Shown here: positions 10,102 to 20,204 of the stretch, piece after piece
How positions within the stretch are numbered: the first letter of the stretch is position 1
How the letters are laid out: every line of letters begins with the position of its first letter
Origin: a virus
Taxonomy: Duplodnaviria > Caudoviricetes
Virus record (IMG/VR): IMGVR_UViG_3300043427_003985
Span: 1 to 35,002 of that record
Length of the DNA stretch: 35,002 nt
Reading direction: 5' to 3' (one strand)
Translations under genes and position numbers: made by a program
Notes under the pieces: model-generated
Told to the model about the DNA's origin: nothing
Seen by the model: the letters and a program-made list of their open reading frames with translations, nothing else
Databases searched by the model: none

Positions 10102-10884
10102 TCATATATTAAATTTTGAATATATTTTTACATTTTCTTTGCCGATTATATCATTTGGATTTTTAGAAATACTAGAAAGGTTAGGACGTATATCATGAAG
10201 TCCTCGTAATCCCCACTTTTCGTCTTTATCTTCTTTACAATAATTTTTGATGTTATTAAAATCATTTAAATGTAAAGGTACTTCTAAAAAATTATAAATT
10301 TTATCCAATTCTTTTTGTGTATTTTTAATTAAAGAATTATATTCTACTAGATGTATCCAATTAGGATATTTATTTATAGCATAAATCATAGATTCATAAG
10401 ATAAGGATACATAATATCTCCAGATGTATTCTGTACGATTATTATTTGTAATTGGTAGATTGTCTTTTCTTAAATGTTCATCTATAAAATTATCTTCGTA
10501 ATTATTTTTTTCTATTAGAGAAATATAAGAAGTAATGACTTCTGGTATAGGTCGATAAGTTAATATAATTTTGGGAGAATTGGAAAGAAAAGTTTGAACC
10601 GTGTCTAAATTTTTACCCCAAAATCTGTGCTTGTCTAATACTATGGGTTTTTCAATATGATTGTAAAAATTTGATAAAATAGATTTATATACATTAAAAG
10701 AAATTTGTTCTCTATCAAAAGTATATTGGATATCATATTCGTTAAAACATTTTTCAATATCTGTAACTAATTTACCAAGGGGAGAAGTTGATGTAGCGTG
10801 AATATCTGGATGCTGACTCAAAAGAGACCCCAATAAAGTGGATCCACTTCTAGGAACTCCACCAAGAAAATATAATTTTTTCAT
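10102..10884 (-). CDS. Sulfotransferase family protein
   Basis: PAPS-binding loop GGVPRSGSTLLGSLLSQHP; DK; YR.I.EVITS; VEY..L. The likely start is the ATG of MKKLYF at 10884. Confidence 0.8.
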   Translation of the reverse strand: MKKLYFLGGVPRSGSTLLGSLLSQHPDIHATSTSPLGKLVTDIEKCFNEYDIQYTFDREQISFNVYKSILSNFYNHIEKPIVLDKHRFWGKNLDTVQTFLSNSPKIILTYRPIPEVITSYISLIEKNNYEDNFIDEHLRKDNLPITNNNRTEYIWRYYVSLSYESMIYAINKYPNWIHLVEYNSLIKNTQKELDKIYNFLEVPLHLNDFNNIKNYCKEDKDEKWGLRGLHDIRPNLSSISKNPNDIIGKENVKIYSKFNI

Positions 10885-10894
10885 AATATAGACT

Positions 10895-11245
10895 TTATTG
10901 TACAAAAATTACAGGTGTATTCATTTTTTCACTCCACTCTTTAAAATATTGTATATACTTTTGATCTATTTTTTTATTATTTATTGGTAAAATTTTTAAA
11001 TACTGCCCATATTCATTTTTTTCTACTGAAACCAAAGCATTGCATTTGTCTGGTCTCATATCTTCTGCTAGTAAATTTTGAGACCATGCACATTGATAAT
11101 TCCTACAGGTTTCTGGACGTGCTTTATATACACCACATCCAGAACATTCTAAAAATTTACAAGACTTACCTTGTCCAAATTCCCAATGAAACGCATTTCC
11201 AACTAACCAAGTACAACAAGCAGTACATTCTCCACATTCTCTCAT
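10895..11245 (-). CDS. Cys-rich CxxCxxCC (YkgJ-like metal/Fe-S) protein
   Basis: CGECTACC...CKFL...GCGVY..RPETCRNYQC.W. Confidence 0.7.
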   Translation of the reverse strand: MRECGECTACCTWLVGNAFHWEFGQGKSCKFLECSGCGVYKARPETCRNYQCAWSQNLLAEDMRPDKCNALVSVEKNEYGQYLKILPINNKKIDQKYIQYFKEWSEKMNTPVIFVQ

Positions 11246-11946
11246 AAGTATTCTACTTCCTCAAAATAATGAGTATATGGTTCATAATCTTTGATATTTT
11301 TTTTAAGTGGGATTGGGTGATTTTCAGCAACATAATCATCTTCTGTGTATTCCATGAATGATTTTGCCTTTACATTTCTATTAGTACCTATCCAAAACTC
11401 TCTATCAAATCTATAGTTGCTAGTTAAGTAATCATGATTTAAAGTTTTAATATAAGATGCATTTGCCCACCAAAAATTGCCACAATAACATCCATATCCA
11501 TCATTGTTAGTCATTGAACCATCGCTCCACAATGTTTGACCCAATGGTTTAAATGTCTGTCCAACGCAATCATATTCATCCAAGTAATTAATACATTGTT
11601 TCCATTTATCTATCACAAAATATTCCATCATTAATCTCCAAGAACTTGCAATGAGAGTTTTTTTACTTGTTCCTTTTGTATGAAAATATAAAATTTTATA
11701 GTTCGGATTGTTGTATGAAAATTTTTTAACTGAGATTAAAGTTTCAGTTTCTTCTTTCCAGTTTTTATTATAAACTACATTTGCTTTTTCTGGGATATTA
11801 AAAATTTGTCGATCTCCATTAATTCCAATATGAACATAATCTGCATTATTGAGCAATCCAGAGGAATGTAATCTATGCATCTGAGATTGATATATTAAAT
11901 CAGAAATTTCATTTTGAAGCACATGATAAAAAATTGCTATTTTCAT
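11242..11946 (-). CDS. Hypothetical glycosyltransferase-like protein, paralog B
   Basis: E.ETL, YFHTKG, SWR.MMEYF, GNFWWA and E.WIG motifs; paralog of 11954..12637. Confidence 0.55.
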   Translation of the reverse strand: MKIAIFYHVLQNEISDLIYQSQMHRLHSSGLLNNADYVHIGINGDRQIFNIPEKANVVYNKNWKEETETLISVKKFSYNNPNYKILYFHTKGTSKKTLIASSWRLMMEYFVIDKWKQCINYLDEYDCVGQTFKPLGQTLWSDGSMTNNDGYGCYCGNFWWANASYIKTLNHDYLTSNYRFDREFWIGTNRNVKAKSFMEYTEDDYVAENHPIPLKKNIKDYEPYTHYFEEVEYL

Positions 11947-11953
11947 ACTTGAT

Positions 11954-12637
11954 TTAATAATTTATATAATCTTTTTCTCTAAAATAATAAGAATAATTAT
12001 TAAAGTTAGAAGGATCCGAATCAAAATCTAAATTATTATATAAAGTCTTTGGATAACAACTATCACTATCTCCAATCCATCTCTCTTTTTCCATTCTACA
12101 TTCAGATTCTACATATCTAGATTTTAAGATATTTATATATGATGCATTTGCCCACCAAAAATTTCCCATATAAGCGTATGTTTTATCATTTTCAATTAAA
12201 GTACCATCAGAAAAAATACTTGGTCCAATAGTTCCTAAGTGACAACCAACACAAGTGTATCTTTCAAGATATTTTATACACTCTTGCCATTTATCAATTG
12301 TAAAATACTCCATCATTAATCTCCAAGAATGAACAGATAATTCACTTTTAGTTGCTCCTTTTGTATGAAAATAAAGAATTTTATATTCTGGATTGTTCTT
12401 ACAAAATTCTCTCAAATCTAACAAAGTTTCTTTTTCTGTTCCCCAATTTTGTTTTTTGTTATATTTAACTTTCACTTTTTCTGGGATATTGAAAAGTTCT
12501 TGATCTCCATTCACTCCAAAATGAATGTAATCTGCTGCTTCAATAATACCTGATGTATATAAACGATGAACTTGTTGCTGATAAACGAAGGCACCTAAAC
12601 CCATTTGTGCTATGTGATAAAAAATTGCTATTTTCAT
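11954..12637 (-). CDS. Hypothetical glycosyltransferase-like protein, paralog A
   Basis: Same motifs and the same MKIAIFYH start as 11242..11946. Confidence 0.55.
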   Translation of the reverse strand: MKIAIFYHIAQMGLGAFVYQQQVHRLYTSGIIEAADYIHFGVNGDQELFNIPEKVKVKYNKKQNWGTEKETLLDLREFCKNNPEYKILYFHTKGATKSELSVHSWRLMMEYFTIDKWQECIKYLERYTCVGCHLGTIGPSIFSDGTLIENDKTYAYMGNFWWANASYINILKSRYVESECRMEKERWIGDSDSCYPKTLYNNLDFDSDPSNFNNYSYYFREKDYINY

Positions 12638-13422
12638 GTACTATAGGTTCCTCCATTTTCTCCTTTCATTCCTTTCACTAGAGTAAGTCCAAGATTATAA
12701 GTATCTATTATTTTCTTTTTATCAATAAAACGATATAAAGAATGTTCTATATCTGTTCCTGCAGTAAATTGTATCATTTTTTCCATATAAAAAAATGATT
12801 TTTCAAGTGCTTGTACTGTTTCATTAAATAAAATTCTATCAAAAGACCATAATCCGGTCACCATCATTCCCTTTGCTCCATACAGATAAGCATAAACATT
12901 CTCTAATGATTTTTCATTAAGATTATTTTCTTCTTGGGTAAGATAATCATATTTTTTAATTACATATTTATTTTCTAACAATTTACTCTCATAATCTTTT
13001 ATATCAAAATCATCATTCAACAAATATCTTCCAGTCAATTTAAAAACTCTTTGACTATCACTAAACAAATTATTTTTTTCAATCTCATAAAGAGTATTAA
13101 GTAATCCTCTAGTTTCCAATAAAGACTTTCCATAAGTAATCAATTCTGGTCTTGCAGAAATATTTTCATATAATTGTTTTAGAGTTTGTTCATCATAAAA
13201 TTCTAAAAATAAATCACACTCTTTTCTTAAAATTTCTTTGTATTTTTCATCAATAGAGTAAGCGGAACACTCAAATAAAACGATATAAGAATTAGGAACT
13301 TTATTTCTAACAGATTCAATAGTTTTCAATGTTTGATTAAATCTCTGTTCTTCGTCATAAGCACTAAATTTTTCTTGTTGAAAATGTTTAAGTGCTGATC
13401 CAATTAAAAATAAAAATTTCAT
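12634..13422 (-). CDS. Hypothetical protein (possible glycosyltransferase-related)
   Basis: RF.QT..TI.SVR, FKLTGRY and DIEH motifs; translationally coupled within the cluster. Confidence 0.5.
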   Translation of the reverse strand: MKFLFLIGSALKHFQQEKFSAYDEEQRFNQTLKTIESVRNKVPNSYIVLFECSAYSIDEKYKEILRKECDLFLEFYDEQTLKQLYENISARPELITYGKSLLETRGLLNTLYEIEKNNLFSDSQRVFKLTGRYLLNDDFDIKDYESKLLENKYVIKKYDYLTQEENNLNEKSLENVYAYLYGAKGMMVTGLWSFDRILFNETVQALEKSFFYMEKMIQFTAGTDIEHSLYRFIDKKKIIDTYNLGLTLVKGMKGENGGTYST

Positions 13423-13898
13423 AATTCAATGTCCTCGTTTTTTAAATAATCCGTATTGAAACTTATCACAATTCTTTGTTCCTGTTCTTCTTTTGTATAA
13501 TGATTCATATCACTTGGAAAAATAACCAATAATCCAGGATAAGGTTCTACTTTTGTATCTGGAAAAATCAAAGGAGTTTTTCCAGAAAAATAAAATGCCC
13601 CACTTACAATACTTTGTGGGTGATTATGTACTTTTAATTTATTACCAGGATTGGTAATGTTAAACCAACTATTGATAAATTTTACTTTTGGAATATCATA
13701 CTTATTACAATACATTCTAACATATCGTTTTAATATAGTATAGAGTGGTTTCAATTCTGGATACATTAAAATAGGCATTCCAACATTGTAACTTGATCTT
13801 CCATCAGTTAAAAGTCCATGAACATCACCTCGATATTGTAATAGTATATCTTTAATAAAATCTAAATTTAAAAATGAAAGATTATATTCCTCTATCAT
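13419..13898 (-). CDS. 2OG-Fe(II) oxygenase-like protein
   Basis: SWFN..G....HNHP....SGAFY...G.L.IFPS...H......RIVISFN. Confidence 0.8.
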   Translation of the reverse strand: MIEEYNLSFLNLDFIKDILLQYRGDVHGLLTDGRSSYNVGMPILMYPELKPLYTILKRYVRMYCNKYDIPKVKFINSWFNITNPGNKLKVHNHPQSIVSGAFYFSGKTPLIFPDTKVEPYPGLLVIFPSDMNHYTKEEQEQRIVISFNTDYLKNEDIEL

Positions 13899-15228
13899 TC
13901 AAAAACTCCCTCAGTTCTTGTAATGGTTCATTCCAAGTTCTTGGTTTTTTTTGTTTAAACAAATGGACATTATCACCATACCACCAAGATTTACCATTAG
14001 AACTTGTCCACACATAATATTCCATAATAGGAACAAAGACACATACCTCTTTACCAATAGAAGCAGCAATGTGTGCAATAGAAGTACAAGAAGTAATCAC
14101 CAAATCCATTTGATTTACAATGGAGAAAGTATCAGCAAACTCTCTATCTTTTGAATGAAACTCTTTAATATGGTTTTTACAAGTTTTTGGAACTGGAGTA
14201 TCATTCATTTGAAGTGAATACAATGAATGTTTTGGATTAGAAATTACATTCCACAAATCAAAGAAATCTACATTTCTAAAATGTGCTTGCTCAAATCCAG
14301 AACCAGAGTTCCAAAACATTCCAATTTTATACTTAGTATCTTGTTGAATGTGATAATACTTTCTTTCTTTTTCCGGTAATGGTTTTAGATATGGTTCTCT
14401 ACCCAAATCTTCTACGGTGATATTCATATAATAAGGAAGTGCAAGAGCATAAACCCACTTAGAATCTTGCGGAAATATAGGATTGTCCCAGACTAATTCA
14501 GTTTTAAATCCATTATAGTTAAAGATTTTTTGTAAGTCTTTCCTTGTTGTAGTCCAAATTGGATTCATTCCAAGTTTCTTAAGATGTTTCATAAATCTTA
14601 CATGTATAATCTCATCTCCAGCACCACACTGGCTGTCAATGATAATTGTTTGTCCAGGAATAATTGTACCGTCCCATTTAGCAAATGAAGGAAGATCTTT
14701 ATTTTTATATGCTTCAACTTCACCTGCCCTAAGAAAATGTTGAAGTCCTGTATAGAGGTCATCTTTTCTAAAATAATACCCAGAAAGATTGTGATATGCT
14801 TTTCTTTCTATTTCCTCTGGTAATTTTTTTTGTATTAAATTGAAAAGTAATTTTTCTGATTTGTCTTTTTGTCCTAATGCAGAATATGCAAAAGTTTCCT
14901 CCAAAAGAAGTTCTGTATCTTGTGGATTCAATGATTTAATTTTTGATATTTGAGTGATTGATTTTTCTGGAAAATTGTTTTGATTATATGCATTAATCAA
15001 GTTTTTCGCTGTTATATATTTTTCATCTTTTGTCTGTGCAAGTTTAAGTGCTTTTTCTCCACATTCGATGGCATTCGAAAAGTGTTTTATTTCAAAAAAA
15101 ATTTTTGCCACATCATCATATTGTTGAAATGTTTTTGCTCTATTTTTAAATGCTTCAAGTAATTTTATAGTAAGATCTTTTTCTTCAAAAGAATATAAAG
15201 TTTTTGCTACCAACTCAAGGGGGTTCAT
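13882..15228 (-). CDS. TPR + GT9-like (GT-B) glycosyltransferase
   Basis: N-terminal TPR helices; WDG...Q.GAGDEI..VRF; IG..W; YSLQ; FADT.....MDLVIT.CTSIAH.A...GK; WY....LF.Q. Confidence 0.8.
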   Translation of the reverse strand: MNPLELVAKTLYSFEEKDLTIKLLEAFKNRAKTFQQYDDVAKIFFEIKHFSNAIECGEKALKLAQTKDEKYITAKNLINAYNQNNFPEKSITQISKIKSLNPQDTELLLEETFAYSALGQKDKSEKLLFNLIQKKLPEEIERKAYHNLSGYYFRKDDLYTGLQHFLRAGEVEAYKNKDLPSFAKWDGTIIPGQTIIIDSQCGAGDEIIHVRFMKHLKKLGMNPIWTTTRKDLQKIFNYNGFKTELVWDNPIFPQDSKWVYALALPYYMNITVEDLGREPYLKPLPEKERKYYHIQQDTKYKIGMFWNSGSGFEQAHFRNVDFFDLWNVISNPKHSLYSLQMNDTPVPKTCKNHIKEFHSKDREFADTFSIVNQMDLVITSCTSIAHIAASIGKEVCVFVPIMEYYVWTSSNGKSWWYGDNVHLFKQKKPRTWNEPLQELREFLNDRGI

Positions 15229-15253
15229 GTAAATATATTATATGTTTACATAA

Positions 15254-18200
15254 TTATGTAGTTATTCCAGCAATAACATTCCTACCACTACTTATATCAA
15301 TCCATTTAGTTCCTCCGAGAAATGTAGTAATTGGAGTAGGTCTGATTACATTATCATTGGCACCTAAAATGCCATTTGTTCCCCAATTCCATAAAGTTCC
15401 ATCAGTTTTAATAGCTGCTACACCTGATCCACCTTTACTATTGATTATACTCCAGTTGTTCCCATCAATTTGATATTGATTAACAACAACCGTTTTGATT
15501 CCCAAGGACATATCAAATAGTCCTTTTCTCCAATCTCTCCCCCAAAGAAAAATTTGTTTATTTACTCCATCATCTTGCAATGCTATTACATTGTTATACC
15601 CACAACAAACTTGTTTCCAATTGGTTCCTCCAGCAAATGTAGTTATTGGAGTAGATATGGTATTATTATTGCCATTTCCGATTGCACCATAAGACGAATA
15701 TCCCCAAGTCCATAAGGTTCCATCAGTCTTGACTGCTGCCGTAAAATCATTTCCACAACAAACTTGTTTCCAGTCGGTTCCTCCAGCAAATGTGGTTATT
15801 GGAGTGGACACATTTGAAAAAGTTGTAACTCCATTTCCCAATCTACCCCTAGAAGCATATCCCCAAGTCCATAAGGTTCCATCAGTCTTGATTGCTGCAG
15901 TATGTTGATTCCCACAAGAAACTTGTTTCCAGTCGGTTCCTCCGGCAAATGTGGTTACTGGAGTAGATCTATTAATCGATGTGACACTATTTCCTAATCT
16001 ACCATTACTTGCGGATCCCCACATCCATAAAGTTCCATCGGTCTTGATTGCTGCAGCATATACACCCGAACTAGAAACTTGATTCCAGTTGGTTCCTCCG
16101 GCAAATGTGGTTACTGGAGTAGATATATTGCCCGTTACAAGTCGATTTGCTAATGCCCCAGATCCTGAAGATCCCCAAGTCCATAAAGTTCCATCAGTCT
16201 TGATTGCTGCAGTAAATCCATTCCCACAAGAAACTTGTTTCCAGTTGGTGCCTCCAGCAAATGTGGTTATTGGAGTAGATACAAGACCACTTGTAAGTCT
16301 ATTTCCTAATTTTCCACTGCCAAGATCTCCCCAAGTCCATAAAGTTCCATCAGTCTTGATTGCTGCACAATGTCTAGTTGCACTAGATCCACCAGAAACT
16401 TCTTTCCAGTCGGTACCTCCAGCAAATGTGGTTATTGGAGTATTTACAGCAGAAATTGTTCCATTACCTATTTGTCCTCTACCATTATATCCCCAAGTCC
16501 ATAAAGTTCCGTCAGTTTTTATTGCACCAGATGTTCCTGTGGTAAAAATAGTATAAAGATCAGAAGGATCTGTTGTTGCAGTATCTGCCCAATTTGTTCC
16601 TCCAGCAAATGTAGTTACTGGAGTATCTCTATAACGAAGTCCACTTTTGGTTCCGAGTAGGTTCACTAAAGATCCCCAAGTCCATAAAGTTCCATCAGTT
16701 TTAATTGCAGTAACAATATTATCACTTTGCCCACCACAACTCACTTGTTTCCAGTTGGTTCCTCCAGCAAATGTAGTTATTGGAGTGCTAATTTGAAATG
16801 GAGCATCTGCAAGGTCATTTGTGGGAGGAATTCCTAGTATATCACCACGAGTACCTCCCCAAATCCATAAAGTTCCATCGGTCTTGGTTGCTGCAATAGC
16901 ATTATTTCCACAAGAGACTTGTTTCCAGTTGGTTCCTCCAGCAAACGTAGTTATTGGAGTAAATCTATTATTCAAGTCACCAGAACCAAGTTGTGCCTGA
17001 TTATTTCTTCCCCAAACCCATAGTGTTCCATCCGTTTTAATTGCCGCACTATGAGAAAAAATTGAAGCATCTGCTTGATCCCAATTTGTTCCGGAAAGAA
17101 CAAATTGAGCAATATTATTAATTCCTAATTGTTGTTCATTATTTCTTCCCCAAAGAAAAATTTGTTTATTTACACCATCGTCTTGTAATGCTATTACATG
17201 TCTGTCCCCACAACAAACTTGTTTCCAATTGGTTCCTCCAGCAAATGTAGTTATTGGAGTAGATATTCCTCCATTAGAATTTATATTATTACCTAATCTC
17301 CCATAAGACGAATATCCCCAAGTCCATAAAGTTCCATCGGTCTTGATTGCTGCAGTATGTTGATTCCCACAAGAAACTTGTTTCCAGTCGGTTCCTCCAG
17401 CAAATGTGGTTATTGGAGTGGACACATTTGAAAAAGTTGCAACTCCATTTCCTAATCTACCATTATTTTCGAATCCCCACATCCATAAAGTTCCATCGGT
17501 CTTGATTGCTGCAGTATGACTGTATCCACAAGAAACTTGTTTCCAGTCGGTTCCTCCAGCAAATGTGGTTATTGGAGTAGATCTATCAATCGATGTGGCA
17601 CTATTTCCTAATCTTCCATTGCTACTATATCCCCAAGTCCATAAAGTTCCATCGGTCTTAACTGCTGCAGTGTGTCCTCTCCCACAAGAAACTTGTTTCC
17701 AGTCGGTACCTCCGGCAAATGTGGTTATTGGAGTAGAGACACTAAGTCCAAAGGATACAACTCGATTTCCTAATTTTCCACCTGATGGTTCTCCCCAAGT
17801 CCATAAGGTTCCATCGGTTTTAATTGCTACACTAAATGTATTTGAACAACAAACTTGTTTCCAGTTGGTGCCTCCAGCAAATGTGGTTACTGGAGTGGAT
17901 ATCGATGTAGATGTAATTGCATTTCCCATTTTTCCTGAAATTGGACTTCCCCAAATCCATAAAGTTCCATCAGTCTTGATTGCTGCAGTATGTTGATTCC
18001 CACAAAAAACTTGTTTCCAGTCGGTTCCTCCGGCAAATGTGGTTACTGGAGTTTGTGCGCCAAGTACTCCCGTAGTAACAACAGCAGTTCCTTGTGCGTT
18101 TCCAACATTTCTATCAGAATTACTACCCCATCCCCATAAAGTTCCATCACTCTTGATTGCAAAAGTATTAGATGTGGTTGAAGCAGATATGCCAATAGTA

Positions 18201-18706
18201 TAAAGATCAGAAGGATCTGTTGTTGCAGTATCTGCCCAATTTGTTCCTCCAGCAAATGTAGTTACTGGCGTTAATCTAAATTCAAGTGCATCTATTGTTC
18301 CCAATTGTCCGTCGTTAGGATGTCCCCAAGTCCATAAGGTTCCATCGGTCTTGATTGCTAAAGTATGTCTGTACCCACAAGAAACTTGTTTCCAGTTGGT
18401 GCCTCCAGCAAATGTGGTTATTGGAGTACTAACAGTTACACCTCCATTTATATATAAATTTTGCCCCAATCTATTATCTGGAGAAAATTGACTTCCCCAA
18501 GTCCATAAAGTTCCATCATTTTTAATTGCTGCAGTATGACTGTCTCCACAAGAAATTTGTTTCCAGGTGGTTCCTCCAGCAAAAGTTGTTACTGGAGTAC
18601 TTGCACCAGTGCCACCGGTTCCTATTCCATACCCCGATCCCCAAAGATATAACAGATAAGGAATTGCTACTACAGAATTATAAAAAAGAGCTTGAATTAT
18701 AGGCAT
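15254..18706 (-). CDS. RCC1-repeat protein (about 21 blades), probable virion-associated adhesin
   Basis: About 20 copies of TP(I/V)TTFAGGT(N/D)WKQVSCG..HTAAIKTDGTLWTWG......LG. Confidence 0.85.
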   Translation of the reverse strand: MPIIQALFYNSVVAIPYLLYLWGSGYGIGTGGTGASTPVTTFAGGTTWKQISCGDSHTAAIKNDGTLWTWGSQFSPDNRLGQNLYINGGVTVSTPITTFAGGTNWKQVSCGYRHTLAIKTDGTLWTWGHPNDGQLGTIDALEFRLTPVTTFAGGTNWADTATTDPSDLYTIGISASTTSNTFAIKSDGTLWGWGSNSDRNVGNAQGTAVVTTGVLGAQTPVTTFAGGTDWKQVFCGNQHTAAIKTDGTLWIWGSPISGKMGNAITSTSISTPVTTFAGGTNWKQVCCSNTFSVAIKTDGTLWTWGEPSGGKLGNRVVSFGLSVSTPITTFAGGTDWKQVSCGRGHTAAVKTDGTLWTWGYSSNGRLGNSATSIDRSTPITTFAGGTDWKQVSCGYSHTAAIKTDGTLWMWGFENNGRLGNGVATFSNVSTPITTFAGGTDWKQVSCGNQHTAAIKTDGTLWTWGYSSYGRLGNNINSNGGISTPITTFAGGTNWKQVCCGDRHVIALQDDGVNKQIFLWGRNNEQQLGINNIAQFVLSGTNWDQADASIFSHSAAIKTDGTLWVWGRNNQAQLGSGDLNNRFTPITTFAGGTNWKQVSCGNNAIAATKTDGTLWIWGGTRGDILGIPPTNDLADAPFQISTPITTFAGGTNWKQVSCGGQSDNIVTAIKTDGTLWTWGSLVNLLGTKSGLRYRDTPVTTFAGGTNWADTATTDPSDLYTIFTTGTSGAIKTDGTLWTWGYNGRGQIGNGTISAVNTPITTFAGGTDWKEVSGGSSATRHCAAIKTDGTLWTWGDLGSGKLGNRLTSGLVSTPITTFAGGTNWKQVSCGNGFTAAIKTDGTLWTWGSSGSGALANRLVTGNISTPVTTFAGGTNWNQVSSSGVYAAAIKTDGTLWMWGSASNGRLGNSVTSINRSTPVTTFAGGTDWKQVSCGNQHTAAIKTDGTLWTWGYASRGRLGNGVTTFSNVSTPITTFAGGTDWKQVCCGNDFTAAVKTDGTLWTWGYSSYGAIGNGNNNTISTPITTFAGGTNWKQVCCGYNNVIALQDDGVNKQIFLWGRDWRKGLFDMSLGIKTVVVNQYQIDGNNWSIINSKGGSGVAAIKTDGTLWNWGTNGILGANDNVIRPTPITTFLGGTKWIDISSGRNVIAGITT

Positions 18707-18707
18707 A

Positions 18708-19457
18708 TTAAGTTAAACCCCCCCCTAATGTAACAAAAGTATTTGAACCAACACAGAGAATCGTACACAATCCTCTTTGTGCAAGAGTTCTATTTCCTGT
18801 GGTTGAAGTCCCAGCAAGATACATAGTGACTGAGGTTGCAGTTATTGTTTGATCACTAGATGAATCATTATATATAGAAATTACATCACCAGCACTAAAA
18901 ACTGAACTTGGAACAATCACACCTCCTGTCGTAATTGATATGTGTTTACCAACATCCGATAGTTGAAGAGTATATCCGGAAGTTTTGGAATTTTGTGGGA
19001 TTGTAGCATCAAGCGGAGTAGTCCAACTAACTCCAGCACCAGTAGAAGTTAAAACACTACCAGCAGCACCTACATTATTATAAACGTCATATAATCCATT
19101 TCTTACTCTTATATTTCCAACAACGTCTAATTTTTGTGTTGGATTTGCGGTTCCAACTCCAATATTTCCACCATAAGGTCCAAGTTCAATTGTTCCATCA
19201 GCGTCAACATCAATACTTGGAATACCTGAAACATCATTGACAGAAAAAATAGATCCAGAAGTAAGATTGTTTGTAACAGAAAACAATTGTCCGGCAGATC
19301 CTTCAAAACTTACAGTTCCATTATTCGTTGGATATGCCTTTACAGTAATTGTCGATGGACCTACAGAAGAACTGGCACCTTTAAATTCAATTTTAGGATC
19401 ATCACTTGACGACCCCTTATTAGGAGTTATAAGAATATCCTTATCAGAATTTGCCAT
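18708..19457 (-). CDS. Tail-fibre-related structural protein
   Basis: GNIGVGTANPTQKLDVVGNI repeat; shares the [22 protein letters not shown] module with the 1384-aa fibre; preceded by a late promoter. Confidence 0.65.
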   Translation of the reverse strand: MANSDKDILITPNKGSSSDDPKIEFKGASSSVGPSTITVKAYPTNNGTVSFEGSAGQLFSVTNNLTSGSIFSVNDVSGIPSIDVDADGTIELGPYGGNIGVGTANPTQKLDVVGNIRVRNGLYDVYNNVGAAGSVLTSTGAGVSWTTPLDATIPQNSKTSGYTLQLSDVGKHISITTGGVIVPSSVFSAGDVISIYNDSSSDQTITATSVTMYLAGTSTTGNRTLAQRGLCTILCVGSNTFVTLGGGLT

Positions 19458-19478
19458 TCTTCTATACTATTTTTTAGA

Positions 19479-19486
19479 TATTTATA
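19479..19486 (-). promoter_or_regulatory. T4-type late promoter TATAAATA
   Basis: Exact consensus about 20 nt upstream of ATG 19457, overlapping the upstream stop. Confidence 0.7.
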
Positions 19487-20204
19487 TTCCAAAACGACCA
19501 CGGAGGGCATTGAAGTTTTGTTGGATTTCTGCTGCTGTGAGTGCTCTGTTGTATATTTTAACAGATGAAATATTACCATTAAATGTACTACCTCCTTGAT
19601 ATACACTTCCATAAAATCTTTGACCTATTGTTATGCGGTCAAAATAAGTTATTGTACCAGAATAGGAAGCAGTATAATCTTCAACTCCATTTACATATAT
19701 TTTATAATTATCATTTACAGAATCTACAACTAAAGCAACATAAGTCCATACTCCAAATGGAATTGAAGATGTCATTATATCTCTATTATAAAATCCACCA
19801 TATGCTCTACTAATTTCCAAATTCATAACACTGAAGTTTGAAGTTGCATCCGGTCCCAAATCCCAATTTAATCCATATTCATAGTCATTATTTGTACCTA
19901 ATGTAGTACTAATAATTGCATTATATTCGCCATCATTATTTGATGGTTTAATAAATGAATCTATAGAAAAACTTGTATAGGACAATCCAGTTCCAGTTAT
20001 TTCCACCCTTTCATTATTACTGTCAAATACCATAGTACCACCATAAGAACTGTCATAAGTGGCACCATTAATGGTTCCATTATTACCTTGCCCACTCAAA
20101 TCAGTCCAAGTGGTTCCAGAACCAGGATAAGAAAGACTATCTGCAGCATCTAGACATAATACTAATCCATCAGTAATTAATTTTGGACCATATCCTATAG
20201 ACAT
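19482..20204 (-). CDS. Concanavalin A-like/LamG domain virion protein
   Basis: DGLVLCLDAAD..SYPGSGTTWTDLSG..NNGT ... GNISSVKIYNRALTAAEIQQNFNA.RGRFGI. Confidence 0.8.
   Translation of the reverse strand: MSIGYGPKLITDGLVLCLDAADSLSYPGSGTTWTDLSGQGNNGTINGATYDSSYGGTMVFDSNNERVEITGTGLSYTSFSIDSFIKPSNNDGEYNAIISTTLGTNNDYEYGLNWDLGPDATSNFSVMNLEISRAYGGFYNRDIMTSSIPFGVWTYVALVVDSVNDNYKIYVNGVEDYTASYSGTITYFDRITIGQRFYGSVYQGGSTFNGNISSVKIYNRALTAAEIQQNFNALRGRFGI

Noticed and set aside
15254-18706. CRISPR-like or diversity-generating-retroelement interpretation of constant repeats with variable spacers
   Set aside because: The repeats are in-frame coding RCC1 blades with synonymous variation. There are no cas or reverse transcriptase genes in the window and no evident adenine-specific template/variable pair.
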